A stretch of 64,000 nucleotides of DNA from Fonticula alba ATCC 38817 (taxonomy: Eukaryota > Protista > Nucleariida): NCBI GenBank assembly GCA_000388065.2, contig KB932204.1, one strand, 5' to 3'. The notes beneath the pieces are model-generated. The model saw only the letters and a program-made list of their open reading frames with translations, ran no database searches and had not been told where the DNA came from. Positions within the stretch are counted from its first letter, which is position 1. Each line of letters begins with the position of its first letter. Both the position numbers and the translations under genes were made by a program. This document shows, one piece after another, positions 25,644 through 37,637 of this stretch.

Positions 25644-26822
25644 CTAGTGGGTGATGAATTCCCAGCTGTCCGGGTCATCGGCACTCGAGTGTGTGCTGTC
25701 GGGGCCAGGGAGGATGTGCAGCTGTCGAGGGTGGCGCAGGGGTGCGAGGGCCATGGCGGCCGCGGTCGGCGGCACGGACGCCGGTAGGAGAGGCATGTCC
25801 AAGCGGAGCTGTGCCAGCCACATGGGCACGGCGCCGGACGCGATGGACCAATTGAGAAGCGTCTGCCCATGTGTGAGGAGGCTATTGAGGCGCCACTGGA
25901 CGAAGGTAAGATGGGGAGTTGGGAGGTTTTCCGTGAGGTTCAGCTGGTTCCGGGTGCCGGAGGGGAGATGGAACTTGCCCGGGGCCGTGGCCGAGATGTG
26001 CTGGCTGATGGCCTGGCGGAGGGGAGACCCCTCGAATGGGCCGAGATTGTGGAAGAATTGCTCCATCTTCAGCAGACCGAGCAGGCCAAACCCGGAAGCC
26101 AAGTCCAGGAAGTCGGCGGCCGAGGGACAGGGGAGGGTGGCCAGGCGCTGGGCGCTGGTGCCATGCGCCGAGAAGAGAGTCGACGAGGCTTGCCTCAAGG
26201 GGGGCGGCACCGGGGAAACCGAGGTGAAGGGCTCGGTGGAAAGTTGAGATGCCATGTCGAACCAGTCATTGATATCGACTCGGTTGATGCACAGGAAGGA
26301 TGTGGGCTCCGGGGGCGGAAGAGAGGGCTCCACTAACCGGCGAAGGTGCGCTGCCAGGAGCAGGGCTTGCGAGTTGTACATGTTGAAGCGATCGCACAGA
26401 TCCAACGGCGAGAGGGTAGCCAACTGGGTGCCACTTGGGAAGAAGGACATCAAGGGGACCTCGGCGTGGACATGATCCAGCACAGCCGCCAGGAGGGAAG
26501 AAAGATCCTGGCGTGGGTCATTTGGCGCCAGGCCGCGCAGAATGGCGAAGAGCTCCACCTCGAAGCCGGACACATGGTGCGCCTGCCCGGTGGCCAGGGC
26601 CCGGCAGATGGCATGGTCATACAGGGCCAGGGTCAGCAATGCATCCAGATGATTGAGGTAGATCAGGCGCCCGGCCACCTCCACCGGCAAAGGATGACGC
26701 AGGTCCGAGACGCTCCACTTTTCGGGGGAAAGGGCAAAGAAAACACGCTCTTGGGCGGAGGAGCTGAGAAGGCCTGTGTCGGGCGCGCGCGCGCGCGTGT
26801 GTGCGTGTGTGTGCGTGTGCGT

Positions 26823-26861
<39 letters not shown>

Positions 26862-28854
26862 GCGGGGGGGGGAGGAGGGGGAGGGGCGATCATGAGTCAG
26901 GAGCGAATTGGCCGCATCGGGACCAAGGAGATGGTGATTGTGGGCCGGCCATGACCAGGGTCATGGCGAGGGGAGCACGGACCAGGCTGCTGGCGGAGGA
27001 GCTCTGAGAGAGCCTCCTTGAGAGGCAGTGGAGGCCCGGCAAAGAGGGCCTTGCGGACTTGATCGAAGGGGGCAGAGGCACCCGGAGGAGTGTCCGTGGT
27101 CAGGGCCGTCTCGCAAAGGTACTCATAGAGCGGGCTGATCACCGTCTGCAAGGCCCCCAGTCCGAGGGCGTGGAAGTAATGGTTGAGCTCGGTGGTGGAG
27201 CGAGCCAGGTGCGATGATACCCGACAGTGCTGGATGTCACGATCAGCAACCAGTTGCTGGAAGGCCAGCGAGCCGAACTTATTGTAGCCGAAGGGGGCCT
27301 CGCCAGAAGAGCTGGCATGGACTACGGGTCCGGGGAAGATGTTGCCAAAGCGGCTTGGGGCTTGGGCCAGGGGACAGCGGGGGGGAGGGGGGGGGGGGGG
27401 GGGGGAGCACAAAACCGGCAGGAAGCCAAGTCAGGGGAAGGGGTCTCTGGCGGGAAGAGGCCAACAGGGCGCCGGGGAGAGATGCGAAAGCGTCCCAAAC
27501 CCGTGCATTCGGTTGCTGCCACACGTACAGGGAAGGAGAACCTGGAATGAACGGCTCTCCGCCATGGTGATGAGGTCACGATAGTCCTTGAAGCTGGGCG
27601 CCGACCGGCCTGGTGCCGATGGCAATCCCGGAGGTAGTCGAGGGGAGGGGGGAGGGGGGGGGGGGGAGGGAGAGGGGGAGCGGCGCGGACAAACGAATCA
27701 GCAGAAGGGAGATCCAGAGGATGAGCCGCTCCTCAAGCAGACATAGTGCGGGGTGTGGCGGTGGTTCCAAAGAAAGGCCAGGAGCGAGGGGTGTCATACC
27801 ACGCAAGTCCAGGAGGCGCAGTTGTTTGCACTCGTCGAGCACATTTTCCTGGATGGAAAATCCGTGGATTCCTTCATGAGGCACGATGTGTCAGGCCATG
27901 GGCAGGCAGGGGCCCGGTGAGTCAAGGCTGGCGCACCATTGATGCTGATCGATTCGAGAGTGGTAATGGTCGAAAGGATAGCGAAGAGTCGGTTGATGTT
28001 GAGCCGAGAGGGGGCTTTCCGGGGGGAGGGTGCCGAAGGGGGATGTCAGATAGGGGGCCCGGGGGAAATAAGCTGCCGTATGTATGGCGGATGGCGGTCG
28101 CACAATCGATCTCGAGATGCCGAATGGGCAGATCCATGAGTAGATCCCTCAGGTTGAGGCCATCGTGGTCGATAGGGCAGTCTGGGCGGGGAGTTAGAGC
28201 GGGCCTGTGTGGGGCGGGGCAAGTGGCGAGGAGGGGAGAGAGGATCATTAGGGCCGTTGGACAATTACAGGAGAGGGGGGGGGGGGCGGGGGAGCCCCAC
28301 GCACCGATGAGGGAGAGACTGAGCCCATTGGTGGCCTGAGTGGCCCGGAAGAAGTTGGCAAAGAAGAAGGACGCGAAGTATGTCAAGTGAACCTCTGAGG
28401 TTGGGAGGAAAAGCGCATGTTAGCCAGACGATCGAAGCAGCGGGGCAAGCGAAGCAGCGGGGCAAGCGAAGCAGCGGGGCAAGCGAAGCAGCCGGCGGGA
28501 TGATACTTTTGAGGGTCAGCGAGTGCACATTGTGCGGCTCGAAGCTAAGATACTTGTCCATGACCTCGTCTTGAGGCAGGAAGACCTTGGGACCTAGTTG
28601 CCGGGGGCAAAGCAGGACAGAACAGAAGGAGTCAGAGAGGCAGGCACATGAGGGGCCGGGGTCAGGGCAAAGGGAGACCCATACTTTCAATGGTCAGGAA
28701 GCTGGTTTTGGGGCTAACCAGAACCGACAGAAGTTGCGGGGTAAGATACCAGCCGGCGAGGTTCAGGCTAGATGCAGGGAGGGCCATTCGACAGAGGAAG
28801 TCGATGGATTCTCGAGGAAAGTGGACATCTTTCCGAGTCGGAGATGGTGATGAT

Positions 28855-28893
<39 letters not shown>

Positions 28894-29791
28894 CAGGGGG
28901 AGGAAAAAAAATGGTGATGGTCAGAGTACAGACAGCGGGAGACATGGTGACGTGCTGAAGCGGCGGGCGAGGAGGGAGAGAGGGTACCCTTGGCGCGAAA
29001 GGCAACGTGGTCACATGCGGGAATGTGGAAGTTGGCTTCCAGCTGGGCTGTGTCGACTGAAGGACGGAGGGAAGCGGTTGGTCATTTGGTCGGGGGCGCG
29101 TGGGGGACATGTGGGAGGTCGGAGAAGCTTGAGCAAAGGCCGGCATGGTGCAATCAGGAGGCAGAATCGCACGGCGGGGTGTGACAGTGGCCACGAGAAA
29201 AGGACGAGAGTCGGGGTGTGTGGGTGGGATGAGGCTGACGCGACAACCGGGGATCAGGGTCTTCGGGGGGCCTGCTTGGGTCACTTTAGAGGCAAACAGT
29301 CGTCGGGAGGCGGTGCCCAGGGCGCCGAGCCTCATGTTGAGGGACAACATCCCGGATGTTGCAGAGAGGCGCACAAGGCAGGGGGGAAACGGCGAGAGCA
29401 GCGACAGAGGGGGGATGAAGAGCGATGTCACAAGAGGGAAAAGGGGGGGAAGAGAGGGGAGGGGGAGAGAGAGAGAGAGGGAGGGAGGAAACAAGGAGGA
29501 GGGCAGAAAGAGGGGGGAGGAGGAAACATGGTCTGCCTCCAGGCCGGATAATGCAGGAAGATTGCGGAAATAGGTCCGCGCCAAAAGGTCTGTCCCACAC
29601 CGGCGAGCGTGTGTGTGGGGGGGGGGGGGGAGATACGCGTGTGTCCCAACCCCGATGGTGAGACCGCCCTGAGTCGGGGGATACCCTGGGGTCCCGGCGA
29701 TCCGGCCCCAAGCCATAGAAAGAGTGCCGAGGCCAGCGCAGGTGGCCACCATCGGCCGGAATGAGCACTCACCTTCTCAGTGCGAAACATC
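25644..29791 (-). CDS. Hypothetical multi-exon protein with leucine-rich-repeat-like segments (may be more than one gene)
   Basis: A run of phase-consistent GT/AG-bounded exons gives ASSLNLAGWYLTPQLL, NVHSLTLKK, DLPIRHLEIDCA and ENVLDECKQLRLLDLRG. Two longer exons follow (ORFs 26897-27412 and 25644-26690). The start codon and some junctions are unresolved. Confidence 0.45.
28433..28492. repeat. 17-bp tandem repeat, 3.5 copies, intronic
   Basis: (CGAAGCAGCGGGGCAAG)x3 followed by CGAAGCAGC. Confidence 0.9.
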
Positions 29792-29950
29792 CTGCAAGGG
29801 TGATGGCCGCAATGGTCTCCGCCGAGGCGCGCGCAGGAAGGGAGGCACGAGGGGCGGGGCGGGGCGGGGNNNNNNNNNNGGGGGGGGGGCAGTCCAAAGG
29901 GCAGAGGAAGGTCTATTGAGATGCGATCGGGCCATGATGCCAACGCTTGG

Positions 29951-31516
29951 TCAGAGCAGCAGATCAGCCACGGTCCGGTGGGAGATGTCCATGCAGTTGT
30001 GCACCAGGTGACTGATCTGCGTGTCGAGGGAGTTGTGCGAGGCGGCTCCGGGGGGGATGAAGGACGAGGAGGAGGCCAGCGAAGTGGCAGCCGAGGAGCC
30101 GGAGGAGGAAATGCCAGCTGCCCCGGCGGATGTTCCAGCCCCGGCCAGGGTCAACTGCAGGGAGAGCCCGATGAATGTGGGCTGGAGGAGGAGAAGATGC
30201 CGGACGGCCAGGGCAGTCGGCCGGCCGGCGAGGGCGGCGCCGGACGCCCGGTCCGGGGGCGGGGCCGCCACCAGGGCCGCGAGACAGCCGGCCGAGTGGC
30301 CAAGCGCGGCCGAGGCCGTGGAGGTGCCATACAAGTGTGACCGGCACACCCGGTCAAAGGCCCCGGGATGGGGCTGCAGCGAGGCCAGGAAGCCGAGCAC
30401 ACGCAGGACAGACAAGCGCAGGTAGTCCGAGGGGGGAGGCTGGTGGAGAGGCACCGGTGGGGATCCCGCAAGGAGGGGCGGCGTGGCGGCTGGATGCGCG
30501 CGGCCGGAGTTCGAGCGCGGATCCAGCGATGAGGAGAACCGCAGCAAGAAGTATTGGCATACGCGCAGCGACCCGAGGGCGGCCATCTCCCGCAGACCAT
30601 GACCCAGGGCCAGGCCGATGGTGGCCGATGTAGGGTCCAGGGCACTGGGCGCGTCACAGGCATTGATGTAAATGGCCCGGTCCAAGAGAGCCCCGGCCAC
30701 CAGCGGCATCCAGAGGCCGGAGGCCACGCCGCCGGCCGGGTACTGATCAGGCAAGAGCACCGAGCATAGACCAAAGAGGTAGGCCCGGGCAAGGCCGGCA
30801 AGAGGCTCCAGGCGTCGGGAGTGTGCCAGAAGCGGGGCAGCAGCCGGCACCGCAGTCGAAGAGGAGGGGGAGATGGCGGCGGCGGCGGCGGCGTTGGTGG
30901 TGGCGAGCGGCGCCAGGCCGGCCTGTTCGCCGGTGACGGGATGTGCGGCCTCGGTGGCGATGTCGGTGTCGGCCAATGCCCGGGTGGGCGGAGTGCTGGC
31001 GGCGACATGGGTGTTGGCCAGCAGGCGGGCCGCCTGCTCGAGGAAGTGCCCTGTCAGGGGAGGGTATGCCAGGCGGCCGGTGGGAAGATCCTCGCCGGTG
31101 GAGGCTTCGGCGGTGATCTGCCGGAAGTCCTCATGGAGCCGGGCCAGGAGATCGGTACAGGGGAGGAGGGACGCCTGGATGATGATCAGCTGGGTGCGAA
31201 TGAGGGCGCGCTCAAGCCACTCGCCAGGCTGGAAGCTCAAGGAGGAGGCCCGATCGCCCGGGAGGACGGTGTCGGCTCCCAGCAGTGCGGGGACGGTCTC
31301 GGCGAAAAGTCGCAGGCACCGGAGCAGGGGAAGCGCATCACGCGGAGCATCGGCCGGCTGATACGACGGGTCATGATACAGGAGTGTCACCTCGAAGCCG
31401 GCGAGGATGCCATCCCACAGCCGAGCAAGGACCGATGAGGGGACTGTGGGGGGTGGTCAGAGAAATGCCAAGAAAAAAAGAAGAAGAAGAAATGGCACGA
31501 GGAGGGGGGGTGGGGA

Positions 31517-31548
<32 letters not shown>

Positions 31549-34500
31549 GTCGTACGGTGGTCGGCAAGGGCCTTCGAGGAGACCATGGTGCGCCAGGCGA
31601 TCTCAAAGAAGGCAGCCAGCGTGAAGACACCGAAGGGAAGTCGAGGCAGCACGGGCATTGCGCTGGGCGCGGGGGTGGCCGTGGCTTCCGGGTCTTCGTG
31701 CGAGGTCTTTGGGGTCGGCTGCCAGGCCAGGCATTTGAAGATGTGCTCGGCCGCGGGGCAGGGAGCCAAGGCCAGAGGGGCGTCCTTGGAAATGGGGTAG
31801 GAGGCCGGGCCGGAAACCGCGACGCGTGAGGCCGGACGATGGCCATTTCCGGCCAGGGCCAGCCGCAGCAGCAGGCGCGGCAGTACCGGCGACTCATACA
31901 GCTGGCGGTAATGCCGCCGGGCGGGGCAATCGCCGGCCAGGGCATCGGCATGGGTGGCCACACAACCGGGAGTGCGGGTAACCTGGTCAGTGGCTCCGGC
32001 CGGTGCCACACCCAAGGCCGGCAGCGAGTCCAGCCGCAGGAACAGCGCCAACGAAGCAAACAGGCAATGCTGAGAGAATGCCTGGAAGGTGGGCCGGCCA
32101 CCGGAGGATGTCATTCCCTTGGCACCGGGGCCGGGGCCGGGGCCGCAGGAAAAGAGAGTGGCCCACATGGCCAGGCTGTCCAGCAGGGCCAGGCACAGGC
32201 CAAGGGCATGGGCCGGCTGCAGGCCGGGCAGCGTGGCCGGTGGCGGGGAGAGAGCCGTCACGGCGGCCGGGTAGCCGGCGAGAGCGGAAACCGCGGCCCC
32301 GGCCGACAGCAGGTGTCGCGTCAGGGCGCGATCGGCCAATTGCAGCATGAAGAGGGCATTGTTGAGAGCGGCCTGCTGGACGGGGGCCATGCGCTCGAGG
32401 TCCGAACGGACATCACCGATCGGCAGCAGCAGCAGGTCCGTCTGGAAGCGGAGGCAATCGCCGAGCAGTCGGTCCAGAATGCCGGCCGCTTCGGGGCTCA
32501 AGTCGCCCTGGGTGCCGGTGCTCCGGGGCAGGAGCCACATGATGCAGGACAGGAGCTGCGGCAGGCAGCGCAGATGCAAGCTCAGGCAGTCCTGGTCCGG
32601 GGCCGGGTGCCGGGCGAAGAGGGCGCTATTTTGACGCCACGCGCTCCAGAGGGCGGCGATGGTCGCCGCCAGGGCCGGATCATCCAGCGAGAAGCGGGCC
32701 TGCGCATCGAGCAAGATCGAATCGAGCGAGGCATTGGTCGACAGGGGCGCCGGGGAGCCGGGGCCACCGGAGGACACAAAGTGCCCGGTGGCGCTTGGAT
32801 GGCCGACAGCCGGGTTGACATGGGGCGATCCGCCGGCTGGCGCCTCGGCCAGGGCCTTGATCAGGCGGAAGACCGTTTGGATGAGTTCCTCGAGGGCGGT
32901 GAGGGCGGTGCGGGTGACGGTGCGTGACCAGCCGGCATCCAGGGGAATGGCATCCACCGAGGGCGAGGCGACCAGCGCCTCGGCAAAGGCACCGGGCTGT
33001 TGGCTCGACAGAGCTGCCAACTGCCGGAGGAGGGCCGCCTCGAGACCGGGCACCGGGGCAGCCAGAGCAAAGCCACCCAGATGGCACAGAATCGCCGGCC
33101 AGAGCTCGGCTGTGAAGCGGGGCATCTTCAGAAGGGAGACGATATTCCGTCTGGAAGGGCGAAGGAGGTGTCAGGCAAGCCCGGAGACAGCCGGCGTGCG
33201 CCGGCTCGGGGTGCGAGCATGGATGTCGAGTTGGCCATGCGTGCAGATAAATATATGCATGCATATGTATGGATGTGTGTGTGTGTGTGTGTGTGTGGAT
33301 GTGTGTGGATGCGCGGATGCGCGGGTGTATACGCACGAGATGATGCGTGAAATGCCAGAGATGGCCAGCACGCGCGAACCGTCCCACTGTTTCTGGTTGC
33401 CAATGAAGTCGCCACATCGAGCCGTGGCCTCGGTGAGGGATGTCCCCCGGTCGGTGGCCGTGGCCAAGCGCAATGGCTCGACCGAGGCCAGCAGGGGAAG
33501 CAGCTGCCCGGCCAAGCACAGATCCCAAGTGTCCGAGGTCAGGAGGCCGCCATGGGTGGAGAGGACCCGGCCAAGGGTTTGAACCGCGGCCGCGCGGACT
33601 TCCGGCCGGGGGTCGCATCGGGCCGGGAAGCCGAGCCGCGAAATGAGTGTCCGCCAGAGGAGCTCCACGCCGAGGGGGACATCCGGACGCCCGGCCAGCA
33701 GGAAGTGCCTCTCATGGCGATCCCGACAAACGCCGGCCAGCTGCTCGGCCGTGAGGGTTGTGCCCTCGGCCGGCAGGGTGCGCAGCTGGCAGAACTTGGC
33801 ACGCAGAAAGTCGGCGATATTCCACAAAAGGCTCATGGCGGTGAGGGAGGAGTTCAAATCGAAGCTCGAAGAGGAAAGGGCACCCAGGGCAAGAGCACAA
33901 CGGAAGGTGGACATCATGTCCAGCTGCGGAAGGTAGTCCGTGCAGATGAGCTGCAGGCATTGGAAGGCGCCCATGACCGCCGGGTGGTGAGAGGCGTCCA
34001 GACGCGGCGAGTCCTCGGCCGGGGGGTGGGAGCCTGCCGAGTCCTCGAGGGGGGTGTCCTCGAGGGCAGGCGGGAAAACCGGCAGCATGTCACACATTTC
34101 GCCCAGCGTATCCAGGATGGCCGGCCAGGCGTACTTCAGCGACTCGCCATGGGCTTGAAGCAGCTGCATCGAAGGGGGGGGGGGGTTAGGGCTTGGAAGG
34201 CAGGGCATGTCAAGATGGTGGACTGACGAACATTGTAGAGAGCCTGGAGCGACGTGGTGGAGGGGCCCGGGAAGGGACTTGAGGCGCAGAGGAGCAGCGG
34301 CCGGACCAGACGAATTTGCAGATCTACCAGCCGGCGAGTGGGTGAGTCAGTGGATGTCTGTGTGGGTGTGGGTGTGTGGGTGTGAAGAAGGAGCAAGATG
34401 GAGGGGGGAAGGGCAAGGAGGAGAGTGGACAGGGAAAGAGGCTTCGGCTTTTCGGAAGGCAGGCAAGCAGGGCGCGGAAGCAAGTGGCCAAAGGCAACAC

Positions 34501-37500
34501 GCACCGGGATCCCGAAGAAGAGTGTCGGCATCGAGGCACTCGGCCGCGCGGGTGACAATGTCGCACGTGGCTTCGGCGGCCTGCTGGCGGAGATGGGGCG
34601 GGACGACGGCGCCCGCGGCGCGGGACAGGCTGGCCGCGGACAGGCCCGCGACCGGGCTAGTCGCCAGACCGAAGGACAGGGAGACGGCCGCATCGCTCGG
34701 AGCCGGCAGCGGCGAGTCGGTCACCTGGCCATGGGCGAGCTGGCCGGCCAGCAGATTGTGCAAGGCATCCCATGCGCCCGAGGGGGCCGCCGTCCCAGGG
34801 GAGAGCTGCGGCGCCGGGGCGGCCGGCGGCGAGGAGACCGCCGTTGCATGCGAAGCGCCAAGGGCCCCGAGGGAATGGACGGTCCGCCGACCACCGGACG
34901 CCAGAGCATCCCCACCGGAGCCGGTGTCCAGAAGTGCCCGCGAGCCCAGGATCCGGGGCACGGTGGCGCATCCGAGGTCGCGCAGGCGCTCAATCCCAAC
35001 GGACAGGAACCCAGCCACGTCGGCGGGCTGAGGAGGGACGAGGAAAGTGTCAATGGGATTGGATATGGGGGGGGGCAGGGGCGGGCAAGACTCCAGGAAC
35101 CGGGCAGGAGGCTCGGTGGGGCTGGCGAAATAGCGTGGGCAGCCACACGCACCATTTCCTTTTGCGATGCGCGGCGAGCTTCGCCGAGAACGACCGAGGT
35201 GGCGGCACTGGTGAAGGCCGCCAAACCATCGATGTCCAGGGACCGGGCAGAATCGAAGACCGAGTCGGTCAAGCCGGTCAACGATGCGAGCAGGGTCCCG
35301 GGAGCCTGTGGGCCGGCCCCGGGGCCACCAGCACCAGCGCCGGTGCTGGGTGACCCTGGGGCGGCACCGACCGGGGGCCCACTCGGGCCAGTGGATCCGG
35401 CTGGGGCCCCGGCCGGGTTGCCCTGGGGCAGGGGAGCACTGCTGGCGGATCCACCGGCGGCGGGGGCATGGCTGCTGCTACTGCCACCGAGACGCCCAAG
35501 GGGCAGGACACTCAGGAGGTTGGCCACACCGAATAGACCGCCGGAGGGGCTTTGCGCGGGGCCAGCCCCGGGCCCGGGCCCGGTCGAGGAGGTCGCGCCA
35601 GCGGTGCTCCGGCCTCCCATGGCTGGGGCACTGGCAGTCGAGCCAGGAGCCGACAGGCCGGCGGGGCCGGCCGAACTGCCGGCCGTGCTGCCGGCCAGTG
35701 GAACACCGGTGACACTGGGCGACAGGGAGCAGCTCAGACCGAAGAGGATGGCCTTCCATGCGGCGATGCCGAGGCGCGCGCCGGCCATGTTGGCTGCCGA
35801 AGAGAGGAAGCGCGAGCAGAGGATGGCCTTTTCGGTGAGCTGGCCATCCGGGCCGCGATCTTGCGTGTGATTGGACACCTCCACCAGGAGGGTATCACTG
35901 TGAAGAGACCCGCAGAGGGGGAAGGGGGAAGAGACGAGAGGCAGGGGAGGGGGGGGGGGCGGGGGGGGGGGAGGGGGAGGGGTGAGAAGTCCAGGCCATG
36001 GGGAGAGAAGAAGACACAAGCGCGCGGGGCGAGGGGAGGGCAAAGGGATGCGCCCCGGGAGAGGGATGTGCAATCGAGGGACATACCGTTCGGAGTCCAG
36101 CCCGGCGTGTGTGAAAGACAAGCAGGCGGCAAGCAGCGCGTCGAGAAGGGCCTCAAGCGAGAGGAGGGGAAAGTAGAAGGGCCGACGACCGGGACCAGCC
36201 CCGGAGGATGGAGACCCCAAGATGTCAACCGGGCGCGGCGGCCGGGCCGAGGAGACTGGCGACCGGTCAAGCGCCGCGGCCAGAGCCCCGGACAGTGATG
36301 GCCCGAGCGCCCGGCACATGAGCGCACCCAGGGCAGCCGGGTCCTGCTGGGCCGCAGCCACGAGACCCGGCGGCAGGGCACGGCTGGCGCCGGGCGAGTG
36401 TAGCCATCCACCACTGGGGCTCGATGCGCCGGTGGAAGTGGCATCGGGCGCCGCAGGCAGTTGGAAGCGATCCGACAGGGCGGTCAGGTCGGCCGCCGGG
36501 AGGAGGGTATGGGCCAGAGAGCACAGGGCATCGACGGCCAGGCCGACGAGGCGCGTGGCACCGGCGTCCAGGGGCTCGGGCGGGGGGAAAATGCCGATGC
36601 GCTTTTCCTGGGGAGCCAGCAACACTGGGCTCGAAGGCCGGGGCAGAACCAGCCAGCTGGCAATGCGCTCACCGGCCGGGCGCCGGCGCAGCTCCCCGGC
36701 GAAGGGGGCCAGCGGGCCGTCCTCGAGCAGGAGAATGGCCGCCGGGAGCTGGGATGTTGGGACATACCCGCCACCGGGGACGGCACCGTCGGCCGCCAGG
36801 GCGGCGGAGAGGACACCACCAGCCCCGGGGCCGGTCTCGGTGGTTGCCGGGCCGCTGGCCAGGAGCTCCTGACAGGCAAGGATGGACTGCTCCTCGACGA
36901 GGGCCGACTCGGCGGCATTGAGCGTGGGCCGGCCATGGTGAGTGACGAAACCCGCGGCAAAGGAGGCAATCGACTGGACCACATCCGACGAGGCCCCCGG
37001 GGCATGGAGGTCAAACTGGGCATAAATGCGCCGAATGAGGGGGTCCTGCGAGGGACCGGCGGAGGCTGGCTCGGTGCCGGCACCGGAGCCGGCGCTATTG
37101 CGGGCACCCGGCGAAAGGAGCCCCGTCCCCGGGGTGCAGCCGGAAGCGAAAATGTCCCGCAGAGTCTCCATCGACAGGATGCGCATCCACCAGGCCCCGG
37201 GGCGAGTTCCACCCTGGGCACTGGCATCCCGAGCATCATCCTCAGGGTCGTCATCGTCGTCGGTGTCGGCCGCATCACTGTCGGCCGGATCGAGGGCCGG
37301 CGAGTCGGGGTTGGCGGATGTGGCATCGGAGTCGGGCTGGAGGCTGGGCGAGCCGGCTGACGAGGCGGGGGTCCGTCGGCGTCGAGCAGGCCGCTCCAGA
37401 GCCGTCAGGCTTCGCAAGATCATCGACAGGTAGATCTCACTTTCCATGGGCTAGGAGGTGGGCGAATTGGGTAGGACGGGAGGGGAGGGGGCGGTAGAAG

Positions 37501-37595
37501 GAGAGAGACAGAGAGGGGAAGGGAGGAATGGGAGTTAGGATGGCCTTCCTTGTGACAGAGAAGAAGAAATGGAACAGCGTGTGCGGGTGCAGACA

Positions 37596-37637
<42 letters not shown>

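Noticed and set aside
29240-29350. Presequence-like MLSLNMRLGALGTASRRLFASKVTQAGPPKTLIPG (IDH-like TLIPG)
   Set aside because: No GDGIGPE or other IDH motif follows. The frame continues into low-complexity sequence.
29530-29791. Resemblance to Swi3/Csm3/TIPIN (EKGIPRLR..GLGHT and ISAIFLHYPAWRQTMFP)
   Set aside because: The two look-alike segments fall in frames that the available GT/AG sites do not join (the phase 1 donor leads into LLARTYFRNLP), and there is no donor-compatible continuation. Probably coincidence; an HMM search of a transcript would settle it.
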